Assembly: GCA_013239625.1 (NCBI GenBank)
Contig: MU056050.1
Coordinates: 3,830,084-3,894,083 of the forward strand
DNA from: Lama guanicoe
Lineage: Eukaryota
Length of the DNA stretch: 64,000 nucleotides
Direction of reading: 5' to 3'
The notes beneath the pieces were generated by a model, which ran no database searches, had not been told where the DNA came from, and saw only the letters and a program-made list of their open reading frames with translations. Shown piece by piece: positions 26,201 to 40,724 of the stretch (position 1 is its first letter; each line of letters opens with the position of its first letter). The position numbers and the translations under genes are program-made.

Positions 26201-28664
26201 CCTTAACCCCCTTCCCCATCTTGCCCCTCACTCCACCTCTCTCCCTATTGGTAACCACTAGTTTGTTGTCCATATCTTTAGGTCTGTTTCTGTTTTGTTA
26301 TATTCATTTGTTTGTTTTATTTTTTAGACTCCACATATGAGTGAGAACACAAAGAATTTGTCTTTCTCTGTCTGACTTATTTCACTAAGCATAAATACCT
26401 TCCAGGTCTATTCATGTTGTTGCAGATGTCAAAATTTCATTTTTTTATTGCTGAACATTATTCAATTATATATATGTATTCATATATATATATCTCACTT
26501 TTTCTTTATGCAGTCATCTGTTGATAGACACTTAAGTTTCTTCCGTATCCAAACCATTGCAAATAATGCTGTTATGAACTTTGGGGGTATATATATCCTT
26601 TCAAATTAGTGTTTTCATTTTCTTTGGATATATACCTAAGAGTGGAATTGCTGGATCATAGGGCAGTTCTATTTTTACATTTTCCAGGAGTTTTTATATC
26701 ATTTTCCACAGTGGCAGCATCAGTTTACATTCCTACCAACAGTGTACTAGGGTTCACTTTTCTCCATATGCTCACCAACATTATTTGTAGACTTTTTGAT
26801 GATAGCAATTCTGACAGGTGTGAGATGATAATCTTATTGTGGTTTTGGTTTGCATTTGGTTTTAATTTGCAGTTCTCTGATGATAGAGATTTTGAGCACC
26901 TTTTCATGTGCCTGTTCACCATCTGTATGTCTTTTTTGGAAAAAATGTTTATTCAGATCCTACACTCATTTTTTAACCAGGTCGTTTGTTTTTGTAATGT
27001 TGAGTTGTATGTGTTCTTCATATATTTTAGATATTAACCTCTTAACAGACATATCTTTGGCAAATATTTTCTCCCATTCAGTAGGTTGCATTTTCATTTT
27101 GTTGATGGTTTTCTTCCCTTGCAAAAGCTTTAAAGTTTAATTAAGTCTCATTTATTTATTTTTGCTTTTGTTTCCCTTGCCTGAGGAGGGAGATCCGAAA
27201 AAATATTGCTAACACCTATGTCAAATAATGTCCTTGTCTATGTTTTTTTCTAGGAGTTTTATGATTTCAGGTCTTACACTTAGGTCTTTAATCAGTTTGA
27301 GTTTATTTTTCTATTTGTTGTGAAAATTTTTTCTAATTTCATTCTTTTTCATGGAGTTGTCCAGATTTCCTAACAGCACTTGCTGAAGAAACTGTCTTTT
27401 CTCCATTGTATATTCTTACCTTCTTTGTTGTAGATTAATTGACCATATGTGTGTGGGTTTATTTCTGGGCTCTCTATTTTGTTGCATTGATCTATGTATC
27501 TGTTATTGTGCCAGTGCCACACTGTTTTAATAACCATATCTTTGTATTATATTTTGAAACCAGGGCCTGTAATGCCTCCAGCTTTGTTCTTCTTTTTCAA
27601 GAATGCTTTGGGTACTCGGAATTTTAGGATTATTTGTTCTAGTTCTGTGAAAAATGTTATGGTTATTTTGATAGGGATGAATTAAATCTGTAGGTTGCTT
27701 TGGGTAGTATGGGTATTTCAACAATATTAATTCTTCTAGTACATGAACATGGATAGATTTGCATTTATTTGTATCATCTTCAGTTCCCTTCACCAATATC
27801 ATATAGTTTTTAGAGTATGGGTCTTTCCCCTCCTTGATTAAATTTATTTCTAGGTATTTTATTATTTGTCATGTGACTATAAATGGGGTTGTTTTCTTGA
27901 TTTCTTTTTCTGATAGTTAATTGTTAGTGTATAGAAAAGCAAAGGATTTCTGTATATTAACCTTGTGTCCTGCACTTTTACTTGAGTCATTTATTAGTCC
28001 TAATAGTTTTGGGGTAGAACCTTTAGGATTTTCTGTGTATAGTATTGTGCCATCTGCAAATACTGAGTTTTACTACTTCCTATCCAATTTGGATGCCTTT
28101 TATTTCTTTTTCTTGTCTGATTACTGTAGCTAGGATTTCCAATACTATGTTAAATAGAAATGTCAAGAGTGGCATCCTTGTATTATTTCTCATTTTATAG
28201 GAAAACCTTTTTCCATTGAATATGGTATTAACTGTGTGTTTGTCATAAATGGCCTTTAGTATGTTGAGATATATTCCATCTATACCAACTTTGTTAAGAG
28301 TGTTTATCTTGAAGGGATGTTGAATTTTGTCAAATGCTTTTTCTGCATCTACTGAAATGATTGTATGATTTTTATCCAACGTTTTGTTAATGTGGTGTAT
28401 CACATTGATTGATTTGCAGATATTGAACCATCTTTGCATCCTTGGGATAAATTCTACTTGATCATGGAGTATTATACTTTTTATGTATTGTTGAATTTGT
28501 TTTGCTAATATTTTGTTGAGGATTTTTGCATCTGTGTTCATCAGGAATATTAGCATGAAATTTCCTTTCTTTTCTTTTCTTTCTTTTCTTTCTTTCTTTC
28601 TTTTCTTTCTTTTCTTTTCTTTCTTTCTTTTCTTTCTTTCCTTCCTTCCTTCCTTCCTTCCTTC

Positions 28665-28721
<57 letters not shown>

Positions 28722-31700
28722 TTCCTTCCTTCCTTCCTTCCTTCCTTCCTTCCTTCCTTTCTTTTCTTTTCTTTTCTTTTCTTTTCTTTTCTTTTTTTTT
28801 CTTTTCTTCTTTTCTTTTCTTTCATTTGTAGTGTCTTTGTCTGGTTTTAGTATCAAAGTAATGCTGGCCTTGTAGAATGAGTTTGGACGTGCTCCTTCCT
28901 ATGTTTTAGAATAGTTTGAGAAGAGTAGTTATTTAACTCTTCATTGTGTGTTTGGTAGAATTTCCCTGTGAAGCCATCTGGTCCTGGCCTTTTGTTTGTT
29001 GGGAATTTTTTGATTACTGGTTCAATTTCAATACTAGTAACCATTCTGTTCAGATGATCTATTTCTTCCTGATTCAGTCTTGGGAGATTGTATGTTTCTA
29101 GAAATGCATCCATTTCTTCTAGGTTTTCCAATTTGTTGGCATGTAACTGTTTATAGTATTTTCTTATGATTGTACTTTTGTGATATCAGTTGTAACTTCT
29201 TTTCTTTCATTTCTAATTTTTTTGTATCCTCTCCCCTTTTTTAAAATGGGCCTGTCTAAAGGCTTATCAATTGTATTTTTTTTTAAAAAACTGCTCTTGA
29301 TTTTATTGATCTTTTCTATTGCTTTTTTGTTCTTTTTAAATTTCCTTTCTGATTGTTATTATTTACTTTGTTCTGCTGACTTTGGGCTTTGTTCTTCTTT
29401 TTCTAATTCATTTAGATGGTAAGCTATGTTGTTTATTTGAGATTTTTCTTGTTTCTTGAGGTAGGCCTGTATCTCTACAAACTTCCCTCTTACAGCTGTT
29501 TTTGCTGCATCACATAGACTTTGGAAAGTTATGTTTTTATTTTTGTTTGTCTCAAGGTACTTTCTGATTTCTCTTTGATTTGTTCATTGACCTATTTTTT
29601 TTAATAGCAAGTTATTTAGTCTCCACATGTTTGTGTGTTTTCCTATTTTTCTTTCTATAATTGATTTATAATTTCATAACTTTGTGGTCAGAAAAGATGC
29701 TTGGTATGATTTCAGTCTTCTTAAATTTATTAAGACTTGTTTTGTTGCATAACATATGCTCTATCCTCTTGTTCACTTAAAGAAGATCCTTTAGCATTTC
29801 TTGTTAGATTGGTTTAGTGATTATGAACTCTTTATTTTTTGCTTGTCTGGGAAATTCTTTGTCTTTCCTTCATTTCTGAATTGTAACCTTTCTAGGGAGG
29901 TATCCAGGTTGTAGGTTTTTTTCCTTTCAGCACTTTAAGTATTTCATGCCACTCCCATCTGGCTTGCAAAGTTTCTGCTGCGAAATGAGCTGATAGTCTT
30001 ATGGGGATTCCTTTGTATCTGATTCTTTGTTTTACTCTTGCTTCCTTTAAAATTCTCTATTTTTAACTTTTGCAATTTTAGTTGTGATATGTCTTTGTGT
30101 GGGTCTGTTTGGGTTCATCTTGTACAGGATTTTCTGTACTTCTGTACCTGGATATCTGTTTCGTTCTTCAATTTAGGGACGTTTGGGGCCATAATTCAGT
30201 CAAATCATAGTTAAATCAAATTTGGCATTTTCTACTGCTTTCTCTCTCTTTTCACCTTCTGGGACTCCTACAATGCAAATGTTAGTATGTTTGATATTTT
30301 CCCAGAGTTCCCTTAAACTATCATCATTTCTTTTTCTTTTTCTTTTTGCTGTTCTGATTGGGTGATTTCCTCTATTCTATCTTTCAGATCACTTATGTGT
30401 TTGTCTTTGTCACCTAATATGCTGTGAATTTCTTCTAGTGTGTTTTTCATTTCAGTTACTATATTCTTCAGCTCTTATTGGTTCTTTTTTTATATTTCCT
30501 AGTTTCATTTAGCTTCTAACTGTGTCCATCTATTCTTTTTCTGAATTCAGTTAGCATTTTTATTACTATTGCCTTTAACTCTATAACAGGTAAATTATTT
30601 ATCTCTGTTTCATTAGATTTTTTTCCTGTGGTTTTATGTTGTTCTTTCATTTGAAACATATTCCTCTGTCTTTACATTTTCTTTAATTTTCTCTGTTTGT
30701 CTCTATGAAATTAGGTGAAGCAGTTACCTATACTGGTCTTGAAGGTGTATCCTTATGTGGGATCATTCCTATGAAGTCTGCATGTGCCCAGTGGATTTGG
30801 TAGGAGTGCTGGATATGAGGTGAGCATGGACTGCATCTTCTGGAGTGTGCTGACAGCTGCTGCCTTGGTGGGAGGATGGTCTGGAGTTGGAGAGGTTTGA
30901 GTCAGAGCCAGGTGCAAGCTGGGGTTCTTGTAGGTTCAGAGGCAGTTGTTTCACTGTCCGGGAGTGAGCCAGGGCCCGAGTGCCTGAAGCAGGAACCCTG
31001 AGGGAGTTGGGCTTCTCCCCAGTGTGATGGCAGTCTCTTCCTTGGTTGGGGTGTGAGGGGTCGCACTTCTGAGCTGGTTTTGCTTTTTCCCTCATGTGTG
31101 TGCCTTGGTTAGAGGCTGGGTTGTGTCCAGAGGGGTTGGAGCTGCACTGATGAGCTGACTCTGTTCGTTTCCTGGTGTGCATGCATGTACACACACATTT
31201 GCAATGGTAACCTCTGCCTTAGCAAGGAGTGGTGCTAGAGTAGTGGCCAGGTGTGGGCTGGGGACACACTGAGGTGTTCTTAGCAAGCCAGACAGCACAC
31301 CAGAGTGTTTCAATTTGCTGCTTTTTTTTTACTGGAACTAAGAGCAAGCAAATCTGCACATGCTCTTTAAGAGTGTATTCTCAGAGTAGACTACAGTCCT
31401 CCAGGAAACCCCACTGGCTTTCAAACCAGCTGAGGGGGCTCATCTTCCTTATGCTGGAATCAGGGTTGGGGTGCCTAATATGTGGCTCAAACCTCTCACT
31501 CCCCAGGGAGGATTTCAGAGCCTGTGATATCCTCTCTTCTTCTAGGTCACCTGCTGGGGTGCAGGTCCCTATTATGTCACTTCTCTTTCCCTCTTACCAG
31601 ATACCATTTGTTTTTTCTTTATAGTCTTGGTTGTAGAAGAGCCATTCTGCTAGTCTTCAGGTCGTTCTCAGCATAGGTTACTCTATACGTAGTTGTAACT

Positions 31701-31770
31701 TTGATGTATTCATGGGGAGAGGTGAACTCAAGGTATTCCTACTCTACCATTTTGATCCCATCTCTACATC
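26200..31770 (-). mobile_element. Near full-length LINE-1 (5'UTR, ORF1, ORF2 with endonuclease region deleted, 3'UTR)
   Basis: 5' end catttt gatcccatctct near 31750. ORF2 peptides [15 protein letters not shown] and [10 protein letters not shown]...[13 protein letters not shown]. Jump from ORF2 into ORF1 near 29767. Confidence 0.9.
28561..28823. repeat. Compound (TTTC/TTCC/TTTTC)n microsatellite inside L1 ORF2
   Basis: Pure pyrimidine tract with a mirror arrangement of repeat units. Confidence 0.95.
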
Positions 31771-32029
31771 ATGATATGCCATTTTTATCATTTATTTCAC
31801 AGTCCCATATCATTGGGAGATGGGTAACATTCAGTCAATTGATTTAAGTTTATTTAGTACTCTTTATACTGGTTGTGATTATCCTGTTACATTTCCTGAA
31901 TCTCAAGAAAGGGTCATACATATTTGTGCATGTTTAAATGAGTGTCCCTATACATGTGGGGCCCCAGTTGCATTAAAGCAGTCAGGTAATTTTATCCTTT
32001 CCAACATATTTCATTTAAATTGTAATACT

Positions 32030-34200
32030 TAAAAAAAATTCAAATCAATAATTGGAGGTCTCATCTTAAGAAACTAGAAAAATATGGAAAAAACATACTA
32101 ATCAGAATAAAGGGTAACAGCAGAAATTAATGAAATTGAAAACAGAAAAAGTGTAGAAAGGATCAAAATCAATGAAATTAAAAGCTGTTTCTTTGTGATG
32201 GTTGATAAAATCAGACACCTCTAGCAAGACTTACAAAGATAAAGAGAAAAAAAAAATGGCCAATATCAGAAAGGAAAAGGGGATATAATAACTGACCCTA
32301 CAGACATTAAAAGATTAGAAGAATTCTAGAAACAATTCCACATATATAAATTCAACAACTTAGATGAAATGGACCAATCCTCAAAAACCACTATGGTTGG
32401 CTTAAAAATGCCCCCAACCAAAATATTTTCATATTGTAATCACAGGAAGCTGTGAATGTTACCGTATGTGGCAAAATGTGACTTTACAAATATGACTGGG
32501 AATATTAATGAAGAGAGATTATCCTGAATTATACCCAGCTGAGTCCAACGTAATCCTAAGAGTCCTTGTAAGAGAGAAGGCAATGTAAAGACAGAGGCAG
32601 AGAGATGTCTGAAATTGCTATACTGCTATCTTTGAAGATGGAGGAAGGTGTTCTGAGCCAAGTACTGCAAAGAATGCAGCATTAGAGCTGGAAAAGGCAA
32701 GGAAATGGATGATCCCCTGGAGTCTCTTGAAGGAGCACAGCCCTAGCAACACCTTAATTTGAGCCCACTGAGAGTCATTTAGACTTTCTGACCTCTGGAA
32801 CTGTAAGGCAACATACTTGTCTTGTTTTAAAGTCACTAAGTTTGTGGTAAATTGTTACAGAAGCAACAAGAAAACACATACAACTGCAAACTAGTAAAAG
32901 TCATCTAAGTGTGAAGTAGATAACATGAATTGTTTTACAACAAAGCAATTGAATTAGTAGTTAAAAACCATAGAGAATAGAAATCTCTAGGCCCATGTGG
33001 TTTCCTTTGTGAATTCTACCAAACATTTAAAGAAGAAATAACGCCAATTCTATACAAGCTCTTTCAGAAAATAAAAAAGGTGGGAATAATTCCCATGTCA
33101 TGTTGTGAAGTCAGCATTAACCTGAAAGCAAAACCAGACAGGATTAAAAAGAAAACTGCAGACTAATACCCCTCATGTGGATAGATGCAAAATTCCTCAA
33201 CAAAACATTAGCAAATCTAATCCAGGAATATGTAAAAATAATTATATATATAATGACCAGGTGTGTTTCAGCCAGGGAATGCAAGTTGGCTTTAATATTC
33301 AGAAATAAATCAGTGTAATTCACCATATAATTAGCCTTAAAAATAAAAACTTATGCAAAAAAGCATTTGACAATATACAACATTCTTTCATGGTAAAAAC
33401 TGTTGGCAATTTAGTAGTGGAAGGGAACTTCCTCAGCTTGATAAAGTATATCCAAAAAAAAAACCCCATAGCTAACATCATACCTAGTAGTGAAATAGTG
33501 AATTATTTCCTCCAAGATTGGAATACAACAGGGATGTTCACTCTCACCCCACCTATTCTACATTTTACTGGAACTCTTAGTCAATGCAACAAGGCAAATA
33601 CGCAATAAAAAGCATCACATATTAGAAAGGAAGAAATAAAACTGTCCCTATTTTCAGACAATGTATTGTCCATGTAGGAAATCCTAAGTACACGGCAGGA
33701 AAAACTCCAAGAACTAATTAGAGTTTAGTAAGGTAGCAGGATACAAGTTCAACCCTCTAAAACCAAAATTGCATTTCAATGCACAAGTTATACTGGTTTA
33801 TTTCCACCGAAAGACATGCACTACAATGTTCATAGCAGCGTTATTCATAACAGGTAAAACTGAAAACAACTTAAATATTCATTAATATTAGAATAGATAA
33901 TGCACTATAGTATATTCATATAGTATAATACTGTACATCAATGAAAATGAATGATTTATTGCTACATTCAACAACATAATATAACTGAAGAAAGTAAGTC
34001 AGACAAAAAAGACATCATGCATGATTTATAAAGTTAATAATAAACAACTAATCTATGATAAAGAAATCAGATAGTGATTATCTTTGGGAAACAGGCAGGG
34101 ATGTTTACTTTGAGGGCTTCTGGAGTATTGGTGGCATTCTGTTTCTTGATTAAGAGGAAGTTACACAGAAACAGCATCAGATAAAATTAAAACTCACTAC
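32030..34200 (+). mobile_element. LINE-1 ORF2/3'UTR fragments interrupted by a MaLR LTR
   Basis: gatgcaaaattcctcaacaaaacattagcaaa (DAKFLNKTLAN) and similar remnants. Confidence 0.8.
32392..32880 (+). mobile_element. MLT1-type MaLR solo LTR
   Basis: tgtgaatgttaccgtatgtggcaaa...ctttgaagatggaggaagg...ctgacctctggaactgtaag...taagtttgtggtaaattgttacag. Confidence 0.85.
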
Positions 34201-36644
34201 CAATAAAAATAAAAGTACTTTAAGAATATAAGAAACTTCTTTAACATGATAAAGAGGGACTGTTTTAAAAAACGGGTAGTTATATACTTAATATTGCTTA
34301 TTTGCTGTACAAACCCTGGAGACATGGCCCCTGGAAAATAGGAAGAAAACATTGTCATTAAAAAAAACTGCCATTTTCTGAAATTGCCTTAAATGCTTAT
34401 TTCACCATGCCATGGTATTCTCTGTATAAATAACCATACACAGGAAGCATGGGATTTAAACATTAACTTAGTGATTGAGTAATATTAATGATGGTGTTAT
34501 TGAGATACTTTACCCTAATGCCTCTATCTGCACTGCACAAAAAGATCTGCCAAAGGTTTCAAAAAGTTAATGTGAAGTTTCCAGGTCAGTTTTCTATACA
34601 TAGGCATTATTTATTAATGCTTTTTAAATTCCCAATGCAGTGAGACTTGAAAAAAATGAATGCATGGAAAAGTATTGTATTAGAAGAAATTAACATGTTC
34701 TTATTTGTTGATAGCTTGAATGAATGCTAGAAAATCTAAAAGAGTCATCTACAAAACCATGTACCTGTGTCTTGTGTTAATTTATGTACTTTTATGTTAC
34801 CAATAAAACTCCAACAAAATTTGTTCTAAAACATAATAATATTCTATTTGAAATTAATTTAAAAAATAAGCATGTGAAATTTTAAAAATCAGAAAATACT
34901 AGAGCAACAGAAGTAATCTTCTTTAGAAAATGTTAAGCTGTTCATTATGTGAATATTTTCAGTGAAATAGACTTGTGTCATCCTATCAATTGATGTAAAT
35001 ATATAGGCAATTTAAATATATAATAAAAACAAGCATCCAGAAACAGCACACAAATTAATTATTTAATGATTAGTATTAGGATAACTGAATAGTGCCTTTG
35101 AGAAAAATTTTTGATTTAAAAAACCTGTTAAGACATGTATTTTATATCAACTCCAAATAAACTCCAGAAGAATTAAGCATTACATGTTACATCATGCCAT
35201 AGAAAAGCTAGCAGGAAATAAGATTTTTGGATGAGTGATAAGTTTCCACAATTTGAAGTAATAAGAAAAGTTTAAAAGGGAAGATTGACAGATTCAGTTA
35301 TATAAAATGTTCAATGGAAGATGAAATGAAAGTAAAAGAGAAAACTATACACTGGTATCAGATATGACAGATCAAGAATTAATATCTATAATGAACAAAA
35401 AGAGGATTCTAATTCATAAGAATATAATTAAGATGCCAGTGAGTAAAGGGAATCAACAGTCAGTAAACAGAAAGAAAAAACAGAGAAGGACCATAGGAAA
35501 AAAATGTGTAGCCTCACAAGTAAGTAAAGCAGTTCAGTTTAAAACAATAAAGAGGTGTAATTTTGTACCCAATAAATTAGAAAAATTCAATCTACTCAAA
35601 CTAGGCAAATTTGTGATTAAATTAGTGCACTCTAGCCTTGTTAGTGACAGTGTAAACTAGTATAACATGTAAGGAAAGCAATTTGGCAATATATATTAAG
35701 AGCCATGAAATTTTCACCACTTATTTTACTCTTGGGAATTGAGCCTAAGGAAATATTTGTTAGTGAATTATCTATAATGGCAATGAATTGGAACCCAGAT
35801 ACATGTCCAAAAATAGTTGAAAGAGTGCATAAATTACAGTGTAGAAAGTAGTCATTAGATTATAATTTGTGAATATGTAACTACATGGGAAATACATATG
35901 AGACATTACTAAATAAAAAAAGGATATCATTTAGAGGACAGTTAAGATATATATAAAAATATGAAAGCATAGATACGGGTTTAATAATTATTTAATGTCC
36001 TGAATTTTACACTTGGAAGTTGTACCTAGTATGCAATTATATATATTGTAATATCTGATCAAGATATAAAACTTTGAACAACCAACATTTACGTTTTATT
36101 AATAAACACATTAGACAGAAGAATAACATATTCTCTACCATATCTTTCCTGATATAAGCTACTATTAGCTATATGCCTAGTGAACATTAGAACATTAGAA
36201 ATATGTCAGTGAAAATATGTGGTGTATAATCAACTCTAAGCATTAGTGAAAATATTTTTCATTATCTTCAACTTAGTGCCTCAACACGTTGTGTGGCAGT
36301 ATTAACTGAAACACCATTTTTATGACTTGAGTAGAAAATGGTTGTATGATCATTATCTGTTGATTGTATCAGTAGTTTAACAAACAAGTTGCAATTTATA
36401 TAGTTTATTTTAAAGGTGTGAATTAGTCTTCACTTTTCTCTCTTAGGAATATTGATTTTTAGTTATGTGAAAATGTTGTGAACTTAATCAATATGTGCGG
36501 AGAAGCAGAAATCCTGGTGACACACATATAAACATTTCATCTCAAACCATTTGATTTGTAACATTGTATTATTACCTATTTAAAAGAAGGCTCCTTTAAT
36601 CTCTAGACGTATACTCTAAAATATAGCATTCAGTTGATTGACAC

Positions 36645-36862
36645 ATTTAACAATTTTAAAGACATTGTTTTCCTTTAATTTTTAAATAAAACAACAGAAG
36701 AAGCCCAATTATAGTTCTTGACCTGTAACAACATCTATGGCAGTTCTGGTACAGTTCTGTGCCTGCTAATCTCAGCCCCACAATCTCAGCTGTCCTCAGC
36801 TCTTTCTGCAGCAAGTGAAGATGTTGGTAGACAGCTGCAGGAGATAGTTTCCATGTAAGTCT
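36645..36862 (-). pseudogene. ITPR/RYR-like MIR-domain exon
   Basis: Long polypyrimidine tract then gcaag|A. LRTAEIVGLRLAGTELY versus RYR1 LWRLEPLRISWSGSHLR (AGG is one change from TGG). After a frameshift, DVVTGQEL*L versus RYR1 HVTTGQYLAL, and VFKIVK versus ITPR1 VYSLVS. The donor is weak, so the 3' end is approximate. Confidence 0.75.
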
Positions 36863-38779
36863 CTTGCAGAGAAGAAAGAAAATGAACAAAGGAAGGAAAA
36901 AGAGAGAAAGCAGCATGATATACTTGTTAAAGGTATGGATTCTAAAGCTACATTGCTGCAGTCCAAATGCTGTCTCTTCAATTTAATAGTTATTTGTCCT
37001 TGGACAAGTTACTATTTCTCACCGATATTTTATGGATTTAATGAAAAAGGTTTTGCTCTTTTTAGGTGCGTGTTTTGCAGTTTGACCTTGTTCTTTCATC
37101 TCTCTAAGCCTCAGTTCCTTATTAATGATATAGTACCTAATACCCCCCAGAATCATTCTTTCTGCTATCATTAATGAAAAGTACCTATAGTTAACAATAC
37201 TGTATTATTTACTTAAAATTTTGCCGTGAAGATAGACTCTTACCACAAAAGAAAATAAAATTAAAAGGAGGATGGAGGAAACTTTTGGAGGTGATGGATA
37301 TGGCCTTGATTGTGATGGTGGTTTCACAGGTGTATTGTTGTCTACAGTTTCATTGAGTTGTATACTTTAACTGTGTACAGCTTTTCACATGTCAATCATA
37401 CCTAAATAAAATGCTTTTTAAAGTATCAATTTAGATGTATTCCACAAGTTTTCATATGAAGAATTTTTATTATACAGTTTTAATTCTTTTAAAATTCTTA
37501 TTATGGATTCTTTTTTGACTAGTAGAATTTTAGCAATGTGTCTTTAGATTTCCAAATGTATAGGGTTTTTATCATTTCAATTGTGGTTGTAGAAAATGGT
37601 CTGTGTGATAGTTTCTTTAAAATGTTTTGAGTTGGGCTGTGTGACCAGAAATGTGATCAGTTTTCCAAATATTTTGTGTATTTAGAAGATTGTGTGTGTG
37701 AAACTGTTGGGGGCAGGGTTATATATATATATGTATATTCCTTAAATTAAATGCATTAATTATGCTATTACATCTTCTATATCTTTACTATTTTAATTTT
37801 GTCTCTTGGCCTATTGATATTTGAGAGAGGTATGTTGATATCTCCTATTGTGATACTACAATTATCAATTTTTCTTTAATTCTAGCAATTATTACTTTAT
37901 GCATTCAAGGCCGTAGTATTAGGCATTACAAGTTTAGATTTGTTATATATCTATCTCTGGTGAATAAAACATTTTATCATTATGAATAGTCTTTTGCCCT
38001 AATAATAATGTAGTCTTTTACCTTTGTATTTTTTTATATTAATACAGCTGATTAGTATTTCCTAGTATACCTCAGTTTACTATTATCCTTGTCATCCCCC
38101 AGATTTTAGCTCCTGGTATCAGCATTTGCACCCAGAACATCATCAGATTTCATGTTCTGTTAGTATTCACCTCTCAAATTTTAGCTCACTATTCTCCTCT
38201 TCCCTTCTTTTATAGTTTGCTCGTTTTGGTCCATGATGATTTCATTTAGTGCAGGCTCAAGAATACATTTAAATAATATATGTTTGTTTTAATTTATCTA
38301 GTATATAAATGTAATATTTAGAATATCTTGTCTGGCCTTTTGCCAGAATCAGAAGTCCTTGCTAGACTTTGACATTAGTATTTAGATCTAAATAAGATAC
38401 CTTATTTAAATATGTCCATAGGAGGCATTTTAAATCTGTTTTGGTACATGTTTCCCTTAAAGTTGAAAGCAGTGTAAGAAACCTTTCATAGAAATCCATC
38501 TCCAGTTAAAACCTTTATTGCATTCCTGAGCTAGCCCATGGATTTCATGTGTGCTCTGCTTCTCCTGTGTTCTAGCCCTTACCTACTACCTTCTATCACC
38601 TAGATTCAAAATAGAGACCAAGAAAACTTTTACGGCAGTCCTCTGAGTTGTGGGTCTGAGGATGTGCTTTTTGAAACCTGTGAAATATTACAGTAATTTC
38701 TATAGATCCTTAAATAATACTGTTTTAAATATTCAAGCTATTTATTTAACTGTCATAATTTGAGGTTGGGTCTGAAATT

Positions 38780-39530
38780 ATGCTATCTAATACAGCAGCC
38801 ACTACCTACATGTAGCTTCTGAACACCTGAAATGTGGAAACTCAGCAAGGTATGGAAACAACCCAGGTGTCCATCAGCAGATGAACAGATAAAGAAAATG
38901 TGCTAACATTTGGAATCTCAAACTCCCAAATTTATCCCTTCCTGCAAATGTTAGCCATTGTATATATAAGTAGATTTTTAAAAACACATTTCTTCTGTAT
39001 ATCACAGGGAACTGTATTCAGTATCTTGTAATAATGTTTAATGAAAAAGAATATGAAAACAAATATATTTATGTATATTCATGACTGGGACATTGTGCTG
39101 TACACTGGAAATTGACACATTGAAACTGACTGTATTTCAATTAAAAAAAAAGAAAAAAGAAAGAAAATGTGCTGGAATATTATTCAGCCTCATAATAGAA
39201 GGAAATCCTGACAGCTGTGACAACATGAATAAACCTGAAGGGCATTATGCCAAGTGAAATAAGCCACTCATAGGACAGACACTGCATGATCCTACCTACA
39301 TGTGGTATCTGAAACAGTCAGATTCATAGATATTGCAAATGTCTTGAAATATTTTTATACTCATCACTAAATTGAAATTATGTCATTTATTATACCCACT
39401 TCTAGATTTTATTATTTAATATATTTATGTTATTAAATAATTATTATCAAATAATTTTATTTAATATATCATAAATAAGCACATTGTGTTGCTGTATGAG
39501 TAATATTACATTTCTGTTGGATAGTACTGG
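38780..39530. mobile_element. Nested insertion: MER3/MER33-like hAT MITE, containing an older L1 3' end, containing a young 5'-inverted L1 3'UTR (38905-39159)
   Basis: MITE ends at 38780-38840 and 39505-39530. TSD AAAGAAAATGTGCT at 38891-38904 and 39160-39173. Confidence 0.75.
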
Positions 39531-40724
39531 GATAGAAAATCAGCCAAATTAGACTAGATTCTGGGTTTTTAACTTAGGACCCATGACTGGACTTTGGGAA
39601 GTCTGTAGCCTCCCTTGAAATTATATGCAAAATTGTGTCAGATTGTACCTGTAGGTATTTCTGTTTCATCAAACTCATAAAGTATTGCTAGATATCTTCC
39701 CAACAGATTAAGAACAACTAGCCTAGACTGCAAAATTTAGTGATTTTGCATTCCTACAGACCAAGCCATACAATGTGGAAGTCCTAAAATACATCTTGAA
39801 AGTTGGTTATAGGTTTAAAACTTTATTCATTCATTTGATAAATACCTATTGCATGCCTACTAGGGTAGCAATCATTGGAGTCGCCACATATGATTGCATG
39901 GCACATCTTTTTGTGATAAGGGGATGTAGAAGTGAATGGTCAGATTCTGGGTTGTCAGTAATGATATGGATGTTTCAAATTCATAGATAGACTCATGTAA
40001 TTCATGTCAGTGTCAGTCAGTCAAACTAACAACTTATATAATGTCTCAAAAAGAGAATTCTGCAGTGCAGTAGGAAGAGAACAAAAGGAGGCTTCCTGAT
40101 GGAGAACTGAAAACGCACTTGGATTGAAACTTACTTTAAGATGGTACATTTTAAATCATACAACCCAGAATTCCCTGTGCTTTATTCTTTCTGAAGTGCT
40201 TTTTACATACATTATCTCATTTGCCCATTTGATTTTCACAATAAGCCTGTACATCTAAGCAAGGCAGATAGTATTACTTCCATTTGGTTTAGGTAGCAGA
40301 CAGGCTTGACTCCTTCTCAGTTGCTCAGAGGGAAGTTTCTCCAGTCAGCTTGGAAGCAAAAAGTAGTTGCAACCTTAGCTTTCTCCTTTTTTCCTAATTT
40401 CCTGTCTATCCTTCTGAATTTATTAAAAATAGACTTATGTCTGTCTAAGTGCCTCAACTCATTTACTTCTTTTTTGGGCTTTCTTTTTGTACCTAGCTCC
40501 AGTCTGAGATTTGCTCCAAAGAAGCCTACAAGGAGAAATTCCTTGGAAGTGGAGAACTACAGATAGAGGGTTCACTCCAGACAGAGGGGTGTACTTTTCT
40601 AGAAATAGAGATTTCTACTAGATTTAGACTAGATTTTGTTGGTACTGAAGTAGGTAATAAAGCAAATTTGACATTAATATTTTTTTTTTAATATCCTAAG
40701 ATAGGGATGAGGATGTGTAGAAAA

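Noticed and set aside
28080..28875. 258-aa Lys/Arg/Glu-rich ORF and its Phe/Ser/Leu-rich antisense ORF
   Set aside because: Translation of a microsatellite fused to decayed L1 ORF2.
36715..36854. Plus-strand open segment ending at CAT|gtaagt
   Set aside because: Poor acceptor and no recognisable product; probably the antisense shadow of the minus-strand exon.
36790..36862. DLHGNYLLQLSTNIF resembles a leucine-rich repeat exon (RXFP/LGR-like)
   Set aside because: No donor at 72 nt and no other LRR exons. The rest of the exon and its neighbours fit the MIR domain much better.
40020..40060. Minus-strand NSLFETLYKLL after ctgcag, resembling ITPR WNSLF
   Set aside because: The equivalent position is already accounted for in the 36.7-kb exon, an early stop follows, and the phase does not fit.
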